From: an uncultured Bacilli bacterium
GTDB taxonomy: Bacteria; Bacillota_I; Bacilli_A; RF39; UBA660
DNA: 64,000 bases
Direction: 5' to 3'
NCBI GenBank assembly: GCA_947623685.1
Contig: CANQHF010000001.1
Coordinates: forward strand, 19,619-83,618
Of this stretch, positions 38,091-46,628 are shown piece by piece; positions within the stretch are counted from its first letter, which is position 1, and each line of letters starts with the position of its first letter. The translations under genes were made by a program, and so were the position numbers. Below the pieces are notes generated by a model, which saw nothing but the letters and a program-made list of their open reading frames with translations, searched no databases and was not told the DNA's origin.

Positions 38091-39188
38091 TTAATTATTA
38101 AATCTAAATAAACAAACGTCTCCGTCTTGCATTACATATTCTTTTCCTTCACTTCTAAGTTTACCCGCTTCTTTTGCACCTTTTTCTCCGTTATATTTTT
38201 CATAATCTTCAAAAGATATTACTTCTGCTCTTATAAAACCTTTTTCAAAATCACTGTGGATAATTCCGGCACAAGCTGGAGCTTTCATACCTTTTTTAAA
38301 AGTCCAAGCTCTTACTTCCTTTTCTCCAGCAGTAAAATATGTTTGAAGTCCAAGCAAAGAATACGATGCTTTAATTAATTTGTCTAATCCACTTTCTTCT
38401 ATTCCTAGACCTTTTAAAAATTCTTCTTTTTCTTCATCATCAAAACCGCTTAATTCTTCTTCTACTTTTGCACATAAAGTAATTACTTCTGCATTATCTT
38501 TTTTAGCATAATCTTTTACTTGTTTTACATAATCATTATCTTTGCCAATTTCATCTTCTTTAATATTAGCAACGTATATAACTGGTTTTAAAGTAAGTAA
38601 ATTAAAAGCTTTTATTATTTTTAACTCATCTTTATCATATTCAAGTTTTCTTAAAGGAATGTTTTCTTCTAAAGCTTTTTTTATTCTTTTTAATAATTCT
38701 ACTTCTTTTAAAGCATCTTTATCCTTGGTTGATATAGCTTTTTTTTCTATTTTACCAAGTCTATTATCAATTACTTCTAAATCACAAAAGATAAACTCAA
38801 CATCAATTATTTCTATATCACGTAGTGGGTTTGGTGCTCCTTCAACATGGGTTATGTTTGAATCATCAAAACATCTTATAACTTCAACTATTGCATCAAC
38901 GTCTTTAATATGTGATAAAAATTTATTACCTAATCCTTCTCCTTTTGATGCACCTTTAACTAAACCTGCAATATCAGTAAATTCAAAAGTAGTTGGTACT
39001 AAACTTTTTGGCTTAATAAGATTATTTAAAAAATCCAATCTTCTATCTGGCACCGTTACCATTCCAACGTTAGGTTCGATGGTTGCAAAAGGATAGTTAG
39101 CTGCTAAAATATTTTTTTTAGTAATCGCGTTAAATAAAGTTGATTTGCCTACGTTTGGTAGTCCTACAATACCTGCTGTAAGTGGCAT
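38091..39188 (-). CDS. ychF: ribosome-binding ATPase YchF
   Basis: 365 aa Obg-family GTPase with G1 GLPNVGKST and the TGS C-terminal domain. Confidence 0.9.
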   Translation of the reverse strand: MPLTAGIVGLPNVGKSTLFNAITKKNILAANYPFATIEPNVGMVTVPDRRLDFLNNLIKPKSLVPTTFEFTDIAGLVKGASKGEGLGNKFLSHIKDVDAIVEVIRCFDDSNITHVEGAPNPLRDIEIIDVEFIFCDLEVIDNRLGKIEKKAISTKDKDALKEVELLKRIKKALEENIPLRKLEYDKDELKIIKAFNLLTLKPVIYVANIKEDEIGKDNDYVKQVKDYAKKDNAEVITLCAKVEEELSGFDDEEKEEFLKGLGIEESGLDKLIKASYSLLGLQTYFTAGEKEVRAWTFKKGMKAPACAGIIHSDFEKGFIRAEVISFEDYEKYNGEKGAKEAGKLRSEGKEYVMQDGDVCLFRFNN

Positions 39189-39241
39189 ATAATCACTTCC
39201 TTCTTTTGTATTATAACATAGTTTAAAAAAACAATGAATGC

Positions 39242-39631
39242 TTATTTCATTGTTTTTTTATTATCATTTAAATCAATTTGGTTTAAAATTTCAATATTAT
39301 AATTTAATCCGCGTTTTTCTTCGCCACTAACATATACCGCATCAAGCTCTTCTAAACTAAAACTTTTTTGTCTATCTTCCTTTTGTGTGTTTATATTTTT
39401 AAATAACTTACCAAGTGGTACGTCTATTTTTGAATTATTTTTTTCATCTTTAAAAATAAGTCTTGAGTCATTAAATATATAATTACTTTTTCCTATTTGC
39501 TTTCGTGATATAATTTGATAATAATCAAATATGCCAACAAGCATGTCAAAATCACTTGCACCACCATAAAACAAAAGTAATTTTATATTATTATTTGTAA
39601 ATAAATCTTCTATTTGCCTAGTTGTTATCAT
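39242..39631 (-). CDS. hypothetical protein
   Basis: 129-aa ORF, no family recognised. Confidence 0.35.
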   Translation of the reverse strand: MITTRQIEDLFTNNNIKLLLFYGGASDFDMLVGIFDYYQIISRKQIGKSNYIFNDSRLIFKDEKNNSKIDVPLGKLFKNINTQKEDRQKSFSLEELDAVYVSGEEKRGLNYNIEILNQIDLNDNKKTMK

Positions 39632-39684
39632 TTCACCACATCCGAAATATATATTATATCAAATGATAAAAACAATCAAGAAAA

Positions 39685-40587
39685 TTAAGATGCTTTTTTC
39701 TTTTCCCAAGGAGCTTTTTTTCTTAATTGTGATCCATTATAACCTATTTCATCTTCTTGTTTATTAGAACTTATACCATCGTAATTTATAACATCTTCAT
39801 TTATTTTTAAGTTTCTTAGTTGATATTCTTGATCTTGGTTTTTTACTACCGCACTTATTTCATCTTTTGTTGGATCATTTGGCACGCATAGAATAACTAT
39901 ATTCTCATCTGGTGCAACAAAAACGTTTTTAGATAACCTTAATATTACTTGATCAACCGGTGTTTGCATTAATCTTTTTTTATCTTCTTCACTTTTTGCA
40001 AGCATATTTATAATTGATGATATAAGACCATAAACGCATTGTTTTTCTTTGTAAGAAAGTTTTGAAAATTCACCTCTTTTTGCTAAATCAGTAACGTTTT
40101 TAACCTTTATTTCAATTCTTTGTTTTTCGATTGAATTTTCATATACATCAACTGAATTTACGAATCCATTAACACTAACTAACCCATTTTCATCCTTTGC
40201 GGCTTCAAATAATTCTTTAGCTGTTTTACCAGAATGATTTTCAACTATTTTAATCTCATCGGTTGGATATGGATAATGTATTTTAATATATCTTTTAGTT
40301 TTTGACTCATTTTCAAATTCATCAACGTTATCTAAAGTTATTTTATTTTCTTGTGGTAATTTTTCATTATTTAAATTCAATTTATTTTCAATTTCTTCTT
40401 TAGTAAGCCTTTTAATTTCTTCAAAAATTTCTTTAACGTTTCTTTTATCATTTAAATATATATCACATAATTTTTGTTTATCAACATCAGAAACATTTTT
40501 ATTAAGGCAAACTTCATCTACAGCTAAAGCAATTGACTTTTTCTTAAATTCATTAGTATCATTTGTAACATTTATATTATTTTCCAT
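39685..40587 (-). CDS. hypothetical acidic protein
   Basis: 300 aa, hydrophilic, no signal peptide, no family recognised; immediately downstream (in transcription direction) of the tandem family array. Confidence 0.4.
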   Translation of the reverse strand: MENNINVTNDTNEFKKKSIALAVDEVCLNKNVSDVDKQKLCDIYLNDKRNVKEIFEEIKRLTKEEIENKLNLNNEKLPQENKITLDNVDEFENESKTKRYIKIHYPYPTDEIKIVENHSGKTAKELFEAAKDENGLVSVNGFVNSVDVYENSIEKQRIEIKVKNVTDLAKRGEFSKLSYKEKQCVYGLISSIINMLAKSEEDKKRLMQTPVDQVILRLSKNVFVAPDENIVILCVPNDPTKDEISAVVKNQDQEYQLRNLKINEDVINYDGISSNKQEDEIGYNGSQLRKKAPWEKKKAS

Positions 40588-40669
40588 TTATAACCACCTT
40601 CTATTATAATTATATATATTTACCATTTCTATTCAATTTTTATATACTATATATGTAAATTAAAAAGTA

Positions 40670-40705
40670 AAAAAAGATTAACATTTAAATTTTGTTAATC
40701 TTTTA
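40670..40705 (-). terminator. Rho-independent terminator ending the tandem family array
   Basis: Perfect 11-bp inverted repeat AAAGATTAACA...TGTTAATCTTT followed by TTTTTTT on the minus strand. Confidence 0.55.
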
Positions 40706-40721
40706 TCTTATATCTATATTA

Positions 40722-41417
40722 TTATGAATCAGTTGTACTATACGTTAATGTTATATCGCCAAACGTAACATCAAAGTCTCCGTCAGCGAATACATTATTA
40801 TTATTATTTTTATAAAAAATAGAAATAATAATATATTTAAAAGTTTCTTTTTCTAAAGGATGTTCTGTTATATTATCTCGTGTAGTTTTTAAACCTTCTA
40901 TATTCCACGCACTAAGGGAAACGTCATTACCATCATAATGTATTTCAATTATTATACCTTCACAGACTTTATCTACTAAATCTTGTGATGTACCTTCTTT
41001 GGCAATACATTTTTTATCTCCAAATTCTATTTTCTTTAAATATGCTGTATACTTTCCTTGGTTTGTAACATAAAACCCCCAATTAACAAGATCATCTGGA
41101 TTTGTAAGCGTTGCTTTTAATCCAGTTATTTTTGGATGCAATGAATCACTATTATCTATTGTTGCAGGAAATCCCAATGCAGTACCTTTAATAACACGAT
41201 AATTAAGATCTCCAGCTACCACACTATCTTTTGAACTTGAAAACAAAATCTTAAAGTCTGATGGATCTGGTGTTACTGTTGCAGTTGAATTAATATCTAG
41301 ATTTTTAGAAAATGCTGAAAATCCTATTGATAAGCCTATTACTCCAATCATAAGTACCATGATTATTATTATTTTAGAGTTTTTATTATATCTTTTTCTT
41401 GTTCTTTTACTATTCAT
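40722..41417 (-). CDS. Secreted protein, phase-variable paralog family (array member 3)
   Basis: 231 aa with N-terminus MNSKRTRKRYNKNSKIIIIMVLMIGVIGLSIGFSAFSKNLDINSTATVTPDPSDFKILFSSS, conserved central KYTAYLKKIEFGDKKCIAKEGTSQDLVDKVCEGI, and C-terminus DGDFDVTFGDITLTYSTTDS. Confidence 0.8.
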   Translation of the reverse strand: MNSKRTRKRYNKNSKIIIIMVLMIGVIGLSIGFSAFSKNLDINSTATVTPDPSDFKILFSSSKDSVVAGDLNYRVIKGTALGFPATIDNSDSLHPKITGLKATLTNPDDLVNWGFYVTNQGKYTAYLKKIEFGDKKCIAKEGTSQDLVDKVCEGIIIEIHYDGNDVSLSAWNIEGLKTTRDNITEHPLEKETFKYIIISIFYKNNNNNVFADGDFDVTFGDITLTYSTTDS

Positions 41418-41439
41418 TTTTTCCCACCTTGTTTCAATT

Positions 41440-41500
41440 TACTATGTTTATAATATCACTTACCCCCCCCCGGTCAAGTTTTTGAAACAATTGTGGAAAA
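41440..41500 (-). promoter_or_regulatory. Family promoter module with G9 tract (C tract 41463-41471)
   Basis: Minus strand reads GTTTTCCACAATTGTTTCAAAAAC-TTGACC-G9-TAAGTGA-TATTATAAAC...AAGGTGGGAAAAAATG. Confidence 0.6.
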
Positions 41501-41600
41501 CAAATTATAGATTTGTAAAATAATTTAACTTAGTAATTGCAAAATAAATTATTCAAAAAATATGCTTTCTTTTGCATATTCCATTGTTTTAATTTATTAT

Positions 41601-42269
41601 TTACGAATCAGTTGTACTATATGTCAAAGTCAAATCACCAAACTCTACATCAAAGTCGCCGTCTGCAAGTGTCGCTTTAGAAGAGTAGTCAATCTGAATA
41701 GCAACATGTTTAAAAGTCCCTTTTTCTAAAGGATGATCTGTTATATTATCTTTTGTAGTAGTTAAACCAAGTATATTCCAACTACCAGCGTCATCATCAT
41801 AATATATTCGAAGTTCTATACCTTCACAAGCTTTATTAACTAGGTCTTGTGATGTTCCGTCTTTTGCAGTACATTTTTTCTCTCCAAACTCTATTTTCTT
41901 TAAATATGCTGTGTATTTCCCTTGGTTTGTAACATAAAACCACCATTCAGCAGCTTTACCTGAACCAGTAAACGTTGCTTTTAAATTACTAATAGTCGGG
42001 TGTGCCGGATCACTATTATTTATTGTTGCAGCTGTTCCTTGCACATATAATGGGTTAATAGGATTAGTTTCAACTGTCGTGTTTGAACTTGAAAATAATA
42101 CCTTAAAGTCTGATGGATCTGGTGTTACTGTTGCAGTTGAATTAATATCTAGATTTTTAGAAAATGCTGCAAAACCAATTGATAAGCCTATTACTCCAAT
42201 AGTAAGTACAATGATTATTATTATTTTAGAGTTTTTATTATATCTTTTTCTTGTTCTTTTACTATTCAT
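41601..42269 (-). CDS. Secreted protein, phase-variable paralog family (array member 2)
   Basis: 222 aa with the same N-terminal 60 aa and C-terminal DGDFDVEFGDLTLTYSTTDS; the central region is divergent. Confidence 0.8.
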   Translation of the reverse strand: MNSKRTRKRYNKNSKIIIIIVLTIGVIGLSIGFAAFSKNLDINSTATVTPDPSDFKVLFSSSNTTVETNPINPLYVQGTAATINNSDPAHPTISNLKATFTGSGKAAEWWFYVTNQGKYTAYLKKIEFGEKKCTAKDGTSQDLVNKACEGIELRIYYDDDAGSWNILGLTTTKDNITDHPLEKGTFKHVAIQIDYSSKATLADGDFDVEFGDLTLTYSTTDS

Positions 42270-42284
42270 TTTTCCACCTTGTTT

Positions 42285-42350
42285 TAATTCCTATGTTTAT
42301 AATATCACTAACCCCCCCGGTCAAGTTTTTTCAAAAATGGGTGGAAAACA
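42285..42350 (-). promoter_or_regulatory. Family promoter module with G7 tract (C tract 42312-42318) and diverged upstream block
   Basis: Minus strand reads ...CACCCATTTTTGAAAAAAC-TTGACC-G7-TTAGTGA-TATTATAAAC. Spacer is 2 nt shorter than in the other copies. Confidence 0.6.
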
Positions 42351-42401
42351 AATTGAAAAAAATATGTTTTTTTTGTATGTTTTATTACTTTAATTTATTA
42401 T

Positions 42402-43079
42402 TTACGAATCAGTTGTACTATACGTTAAGGTTATATCTCCAAACTCTACATCAAAGTCTCCATCTGTAACAGGAGCATTAGCATTATAAATACCAATAGC
42501 AATCCGTTTAAAAGTGCCTTTTTCTAAAGGATGATTTGTTATATTTTCTTTTGTAGTAGTTAAATTAGGTATATCCCAACTACCAGTGCTACGATCATAA
42601 TATATTTGAAGGTTCATATATTCACAAGCTTTATCAACTAAAGCTTGTGATGTTCCTTCTTTGGCAATGCATTTTTTAGTTCCAAAATCTATTTTCTTTA
42701 AATATGCTGTATATTTTCCTTGATTGGTTACAAAAAATTCCCATTCAACCATTTGGTTTGATTTAGTAAACGTTGCCTTTATGCCTGTTATTTTTGGATG
42801 CAATGGATCTTTATTATCTATTGTTGCAGTAGTTCCTGTCGCATTAGCACTTTTAAGACTAACACCAATAGGATTAGTTGCAACAGTTGTTTCTGAACTT
42901 GAAAACAAAATTTTAAAGTCTGATGGATCTGGTGTTACTGTTGCAGTAGAATTAATATCTAAATTTTTAGAAAATGCTGAAAATCCTATTGATAATCCTA
43001 TTACTCCAAATGTAAGTACCATGATTATTATTATTTTAGTGTTTTTATTATATCTTTTTCTTGTTCTTTTACTGTTCAT
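42402..43079 (-). CDS. Secreted protein, phase-variable paralog family (array member 1)
   Basis: 225 aa with the same N-terminal signal region and C-terminus DGDFDVEFGDITLTYSTTDS. Confidence 0.8.
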   Translation of the reverse strand: MNSKRTRKRYNKNTKIIIIMVLTFGVIGLSIGFSAFSKNLDINSTATVTPDPSDFKILFSSSETTVATNPIGVSLKSANATGTTATIDNKDPLHPKITGIKATFTKSNQMVEWEFFVTNQGKYTAYLKKIDFGTKKCIAKEGTSQALVDKACEYMNLQIYYDRSTGSWDIPNLTTTKENITNHPLEKGTFKRIAIGIYNANAPVTDGDFDVEFGDITLTYSTTDS

Positions 43080-43104
43080 TTTTTTCCACCTTGTTTTAAT
43101 TTCC

Positions 43105-43170
43105 TATGTTTATAATATCACTAACCCCCCCCCGGTCAAGTTTTTGAAACAATTGTGGAAAACAAATTAA
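43105..43170 (-). promoter_or_regulatory. Family promoter module with G9 tract (C tract 43125-43133)
   Basis: Minus strand reads GTTTTCCACAATTGTTTCAAAAAC-TTGACC-G9-TTAGTGA-TATTATAAAC. Confidence 0.6.
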
Positions 43171-43202
43171 AAAGATTAACGTTTTAATTTTACGTTAACC
43201 TT

Positions 43203-44744
43203 TTATATTGTAGGATAAATTCCCGGGCCAATAGGAAGTCCTATTATGTACCAACATATTATCATAAGAAGCCAAATGAAAGTTATTCCTATAAAATATG
43301 GGAAAATTAATTTATAACAACGTCTAATGCTAAAGTCATTTTTATTTTTAGTAAATACTTCAATAAATCCAATAAAAATAACAAAGTAAGAGAATAGCGG
43401 GGTTATAACATTTGTTATTGAATCTCCAGCTCTAAATACTAATTGAGCAAATTCAGGAGATATATTAGCTTGCATAACTACTGGCATTATATTAGGTGCC
43501 ATAATTGCCCATTTAGCAATTGAACCAGGAAGTAATATGTTACATATCATTGAAAATAAGAAAATTATTAATATCAATGGAATAAATGAAAATTTAGATG
43601 CAGAAATAAAATTTGATAATATTCCAGTTATTACAACTCCGATGTTAGTTTGAGTAACATATGCATTAAGTTGAGCTGCAAAAAAGATTAATACAAAGAT
43701 ACCGCCTAAACTTTTTAAGTAATCGGTTGAAAAATTAACCATATCTCTAATCTTTTTTATCGTTCCTGTTACAACACCAAACACAAATGCTTGTAATGCT
43801 AAAACAAATGATAAAATACCAACCATATTAGTCATTAGAAGTGAATCAGAAGAAAATAACATCTTTGAGTATTCATCTTGTGATTTATCTAATAATAATC
43901 CTAAAAAACCATTACCATTCGCTGGAATAAGCATTAATATAATTGGAATTAAGCAAATGATGGTGGTTATTAAAGCTGCTATTAAACCTTTCTTTTCTTT
44001 TGCTTCTTCAACAACGAATTCTTCTTCATCTTCTAATTGATTTCTACCTAGTTTTCTTACAACTATCTTTTCAGTTATCAAAGTGCATATTGCTGCGATT
44101 AATACCGCTGCAATTATTATAAATATTAAGTTACTAGATTGGGATACTAAATAATCAGAATCTAGCAATTTAGCACTTGCTTCTGTGTAGCTAGTTAAAT
44201 TATAATCAAGTGATGTTATGAATAAACCTGCTCCGTGTCCTGCTGCCGTCGAAGCAAAACCTAATGCAAGGCCACCAAGTGGGTTACGATTCATAGCCAT
44301 GAATAAAACCGCTCCTATTGGTAGTAATAAAACGTATCCAACATTACTATCTAAACTTGCGATTATACATACTATGGAATAAAGAAATACTAAAATAAAT
44401 TTAGGTATTTTTTTATTTAGTTTTCCACATAAAGTTTTTAAATATCCTGATTTTAAAGCTATACCAAATGATATCGCTGCAATTAAAAGTGATGCAAATG
44501 GTACGAACTCTATCAAATTATTATACGCTGAAGTAATTATGAATTTAATTCCATCCAAACTTAGAAGTGAATTTACCGCAACGGTACTTGATTCAACTTC
44601 CCCAGCAATGGTTGTTAATTTATCATAAGTTGCTTGTAAATTTAAAGCATTTGCTATACCACTTATTACAATTACTAGCAACAACATATAGATAAAAAAC
44701 ATTACTGGATGAGATGATTTTTTAAATTTTTTTGGATTAATCAT
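43203..44744 (-). CDS. AbgT-family transporter (putative p-aminobenzoyl-glutamate transporter)
   Basis: 513 aa polytopic membrane protein; size and hairpin-loop-like Gly-rich segments are consistent with AbgT/MtrF. Confidence 0.5.
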   Translation of the reverse strand: MINPKKFKKSSHPVMFFIYMLLLVIVISGIANALNLQATYDKLTTIAGEVESSTVAVNSLLSLDGIKFIITSAYNNLIEFVPFASLLIAAISFGIALKSGYLKTLCGKLNKKIPKFILVFLYSIVCIIASLDSNVGYVLLLPIGAVLFMAMNRNPLGGLALGFASTAAGHGAGLFITSLDYNLTSYTEASAKLLDSDYLVSQSSNLIFIIIAAVLIAAICTLITEKIVVRKLGRNQLEDEEEFVVEEAKEKKGLIAALITTIICLIPIILMLIPANGNGFLGLLLDKSQDEYSKMLFSSDSLLMTNMVGILSFVLALQAFVFGVVTGTIKKIRDMVNFSTDYLKSLGGIFVLIFFAAQLNAYVTQTNIGVVITGILSNFISASKFSFIPLILIIFLFSMICNILLPGSIAKWAIMAPNIMPVVMQANISPEFAQLVFRAGDSITNVITPLFSYFVIFIGFIEVFTKNKNDFSIRRCYKLIFPYFIGITFIWLLMIICWYIIGLPIGPGIYPTI

Positions 44745-44935
44745 TTTATTTCCTCCGTCAACACCTTTTTTATTTTTTTATTAAACTCTACCCTTGGTAG
44801 CATTATGGTTCTATTGCAATTAGTACAAAGAATTTTAATATCAACGCCAACTCTTATAACCTTAAATTTATCACATCCGCAAGGATGTTTTTTTTTCATT
44901 TGAACAATTGAATTTAATTCGTAATTATTTTTCAT
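44741..44935 (-). CDS. DUF951 family small protein
   Basis: 64 aa with two CxxC pairs (HPCGCDKF...CTNCNR); this family is typically found near ychF/parB in Firmicutes. Confidence 0.6.
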   Translation of the reverse strand: MKNNYELNSIVQMKKKHPCGCDKFKVIRVGVDIKILCTNCNRTIMLPRVEFNKKIKKVLTEEIK

Positions 44936-45731
44936 TATGAACCTCTATTTGCGGATAAGGAATTTTTATACCGTTTTTATCTAAGGCGTTTTTAAATTCC
45001 TTTCTCATCTTTCTTTCCACTTCAAAATGTTGAGCTGGCTTACATTTACCCACAATTCTAAATACTACTTGGGAATCTTGTAATTCTTGAACCCCTAAAA
45101 CTTGTGGTTCTTCAGTTAAAAGTGGTATTTTTTCGGTTAATGTAGCTGCTGCTATTTGCAATACTTTTTCCACCTTATCTAATTTTGATTCATAGCTAAC
45201 GGCAACATCAACAACCGCCAAGGTTTTATCTAAACTATAATTTATAACTTCTGATATATTCCTATTAGATATTATTTTAATTTCACCAGTATATGCTTGT
45301 AATCTTGTTGATTTTAATCCTACCGAAATAACCGTTCCCATAAATTCATTGATTTTAACTAAATCTCCAACGGCAAACCAATTCTCAAACAAAATGGATG
45401 TGCCCACCAAAATATCTTTTAGAATGTCTTGAAACGCAAGACCAATTACTAAACTTACAACTCCAAGTCCAGTTATTAAAGCAGCGGTATTAATACCAAA
45501 ATTACTTAATAGTGCTAATAGAGCAATGCACCATATTGCATATTTTACTATGTTAGATAAAAAGCTATTTATCGTACTTAATTTTCTTGAATCAAATTTG
45601 TGATGCTTTTTATTTGGGTTAAATGCACCATTTATCAATAACTTCAAAAATCGCTCAACCAAAAAGGCAACGATAATAATTATTACTGACATATATATTT
45701 CTTTTGCAATACAAATACCAAATATTTTCAT
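44925..45731 (-). CDS. MscS-family mechanosensitive channel
   Basis: 268 aa with 3 TM helices plus the conserved beta domain (AVGDLVKINEFMGTVISVGLKSTRL). Confidence 0.75.
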   Translation of the reverse strand: MKIFGICIAKEIYMSVIIIIVAFLVERFLKLLINGAFNPNKKHHKFDSRKLSTINSFLSNIVKYAIWCIALLALLSNFGINTAALITGLGVVSLVIGLAFQDILKDILVGTSILFENWFAVGDLVKINEFMGTVISVGLKSTRLQAYTGEIKIISNRNISEVINYSLDKTLAVVDVAVSYESKLDKVEKVLQIAAATLTEKIPLLTEEPQVLGVQELQDSQVVFRIVGKCKPAQHFEVERKMRKEFKNALDKNGIKIPYPQIEVHNEK

Positions 45732-45740
45732 AAATAACCC

Positions 45741-46628
45741 CTATTCTACTTCGATGTCTAAAATTTCCAAAATACGATTTAGATCTTCTTTCGTTGCAAA
45801 CGAAATCTTTATTTTATTTCCAGAAATAGATACTTTAGTACCTAATTTATCAATTAACACTTTTTCTACATATTTATATTCATCTTTGTTTCTTTGTTTT
45901 TTTAATTGTACGCTTCTTTTATAACTACTAGATTCAGTAAGATGTTCTAAATCCCTTACACTTAATTTTTCATTAACAATTTTTTCTGCTAAAGTTTCTA
46001 TTTGATCATAACTTTCTAATTTACTCAAAATTCTTGCGTGTCCCATACTAATTTTATTATATAAAACCATATCTTGAACCGAGATAGGAAGTCTTAAAAG
46101 ACCTAGCATATTAGTAATATGACTCCTTGATTTACCAAGTTTTTTAGCAAGTTCATCTTGGGTTAATTTAAGTGATTCAATAATTGATTTATAAGCTTTA
46201 GCTTCTTCAATGGCCGATAGGTTTTCTCTTTGTAAGTTTTCAAGTAATGCTATTTGCATCATCTCGTCATCTGAAAAATCTCTTATGATTGCTGGAATCT
46301 TGTTAATTCCTGCGATCATACATGCTTTAACCCTTCTTTCACCAGCAATAATGTTATAACCTTTTATAGTCTTTTTAACGATTATTGGTTGAAACACGCC
46401 GTGTTCTTTAATTGAATTTGCTAATTCATTTAATGCATTCTCATCAAAAACCTTTCTTGGCTGATAAGGGTTACTCATAAGTTCATTTATTGGAAGTTCA
46501 ACAATCTCATCCTTTGGAGTTTGCTGTATTATTTTTTCTTCGACTTGGTCAAAATCAAGCACTTCAGAATTAAATAGTTGTTCTAAGCCCATTCCAAGAG
46601 CTCTTCTTTTACTCGTTTCTTCTTTCAT
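45741..46628 (-). CDS. parB: ParB/Spo0J chromosome partitioning protein
   Basis: ParB N-terminal motif (IIAGERRVKA), HTH, 295 aa; downstream of parA. Confidence 0.85.
   Translation of the reverse strand: MKEETSKRRALGMGLEQLFNSEVLDFDQVEEKIIQQTPKDEIVELPINELMSNPYQPRKVFDENALNELANSIKEHGVFQPIIVKKTIKGYNIIAGERRVKACMIAGINKIPAIIRDFSDDEMMQIALLENLQRENLSAIEEAKAYKSIIESLKLTQDELAKKLGKSRSHITNMLGLLRLPISVQDMVLYNKISMGHARILSKLESYDQIETLAEKIVNEKLSVRDLEHLTESSSYKRSVQLKKQRNKDEYKYVEKVLIDKLGTKVSISGNKIKISFATKEDLNRILEILDIEVE

Noticed and set aside
38127-39096. Plus-strand ORFs of 83 and 184 aa antisense to ychF
   Set aside because: Embedded in a conserved GTPase gene; composition-driven shadow ORFs.
16558-43133. C/G-tract length differences dismissed as sequencing error?
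   Set aside because: Not dismissed, but flagged. Homopolymer miscalls are common, so the 7 vs 9 difference needs read-level confirmation. The accompanying divergence of the upstream block at the G7 locus argues that it is a genuinely distinct copy.
16540-43170. Repeated ~60-bp elements considered as a CRISPR array or MITE
   Set aside because: Copies are kilobases apart at irregular spacing, each precisely upstream of a paralogous gene with RBS and start codon. They carry -35/-10 hexamers, and there are no inverted terminal repeats or spacers. They are promoters of a gene family, not CRISPR or MITEs.
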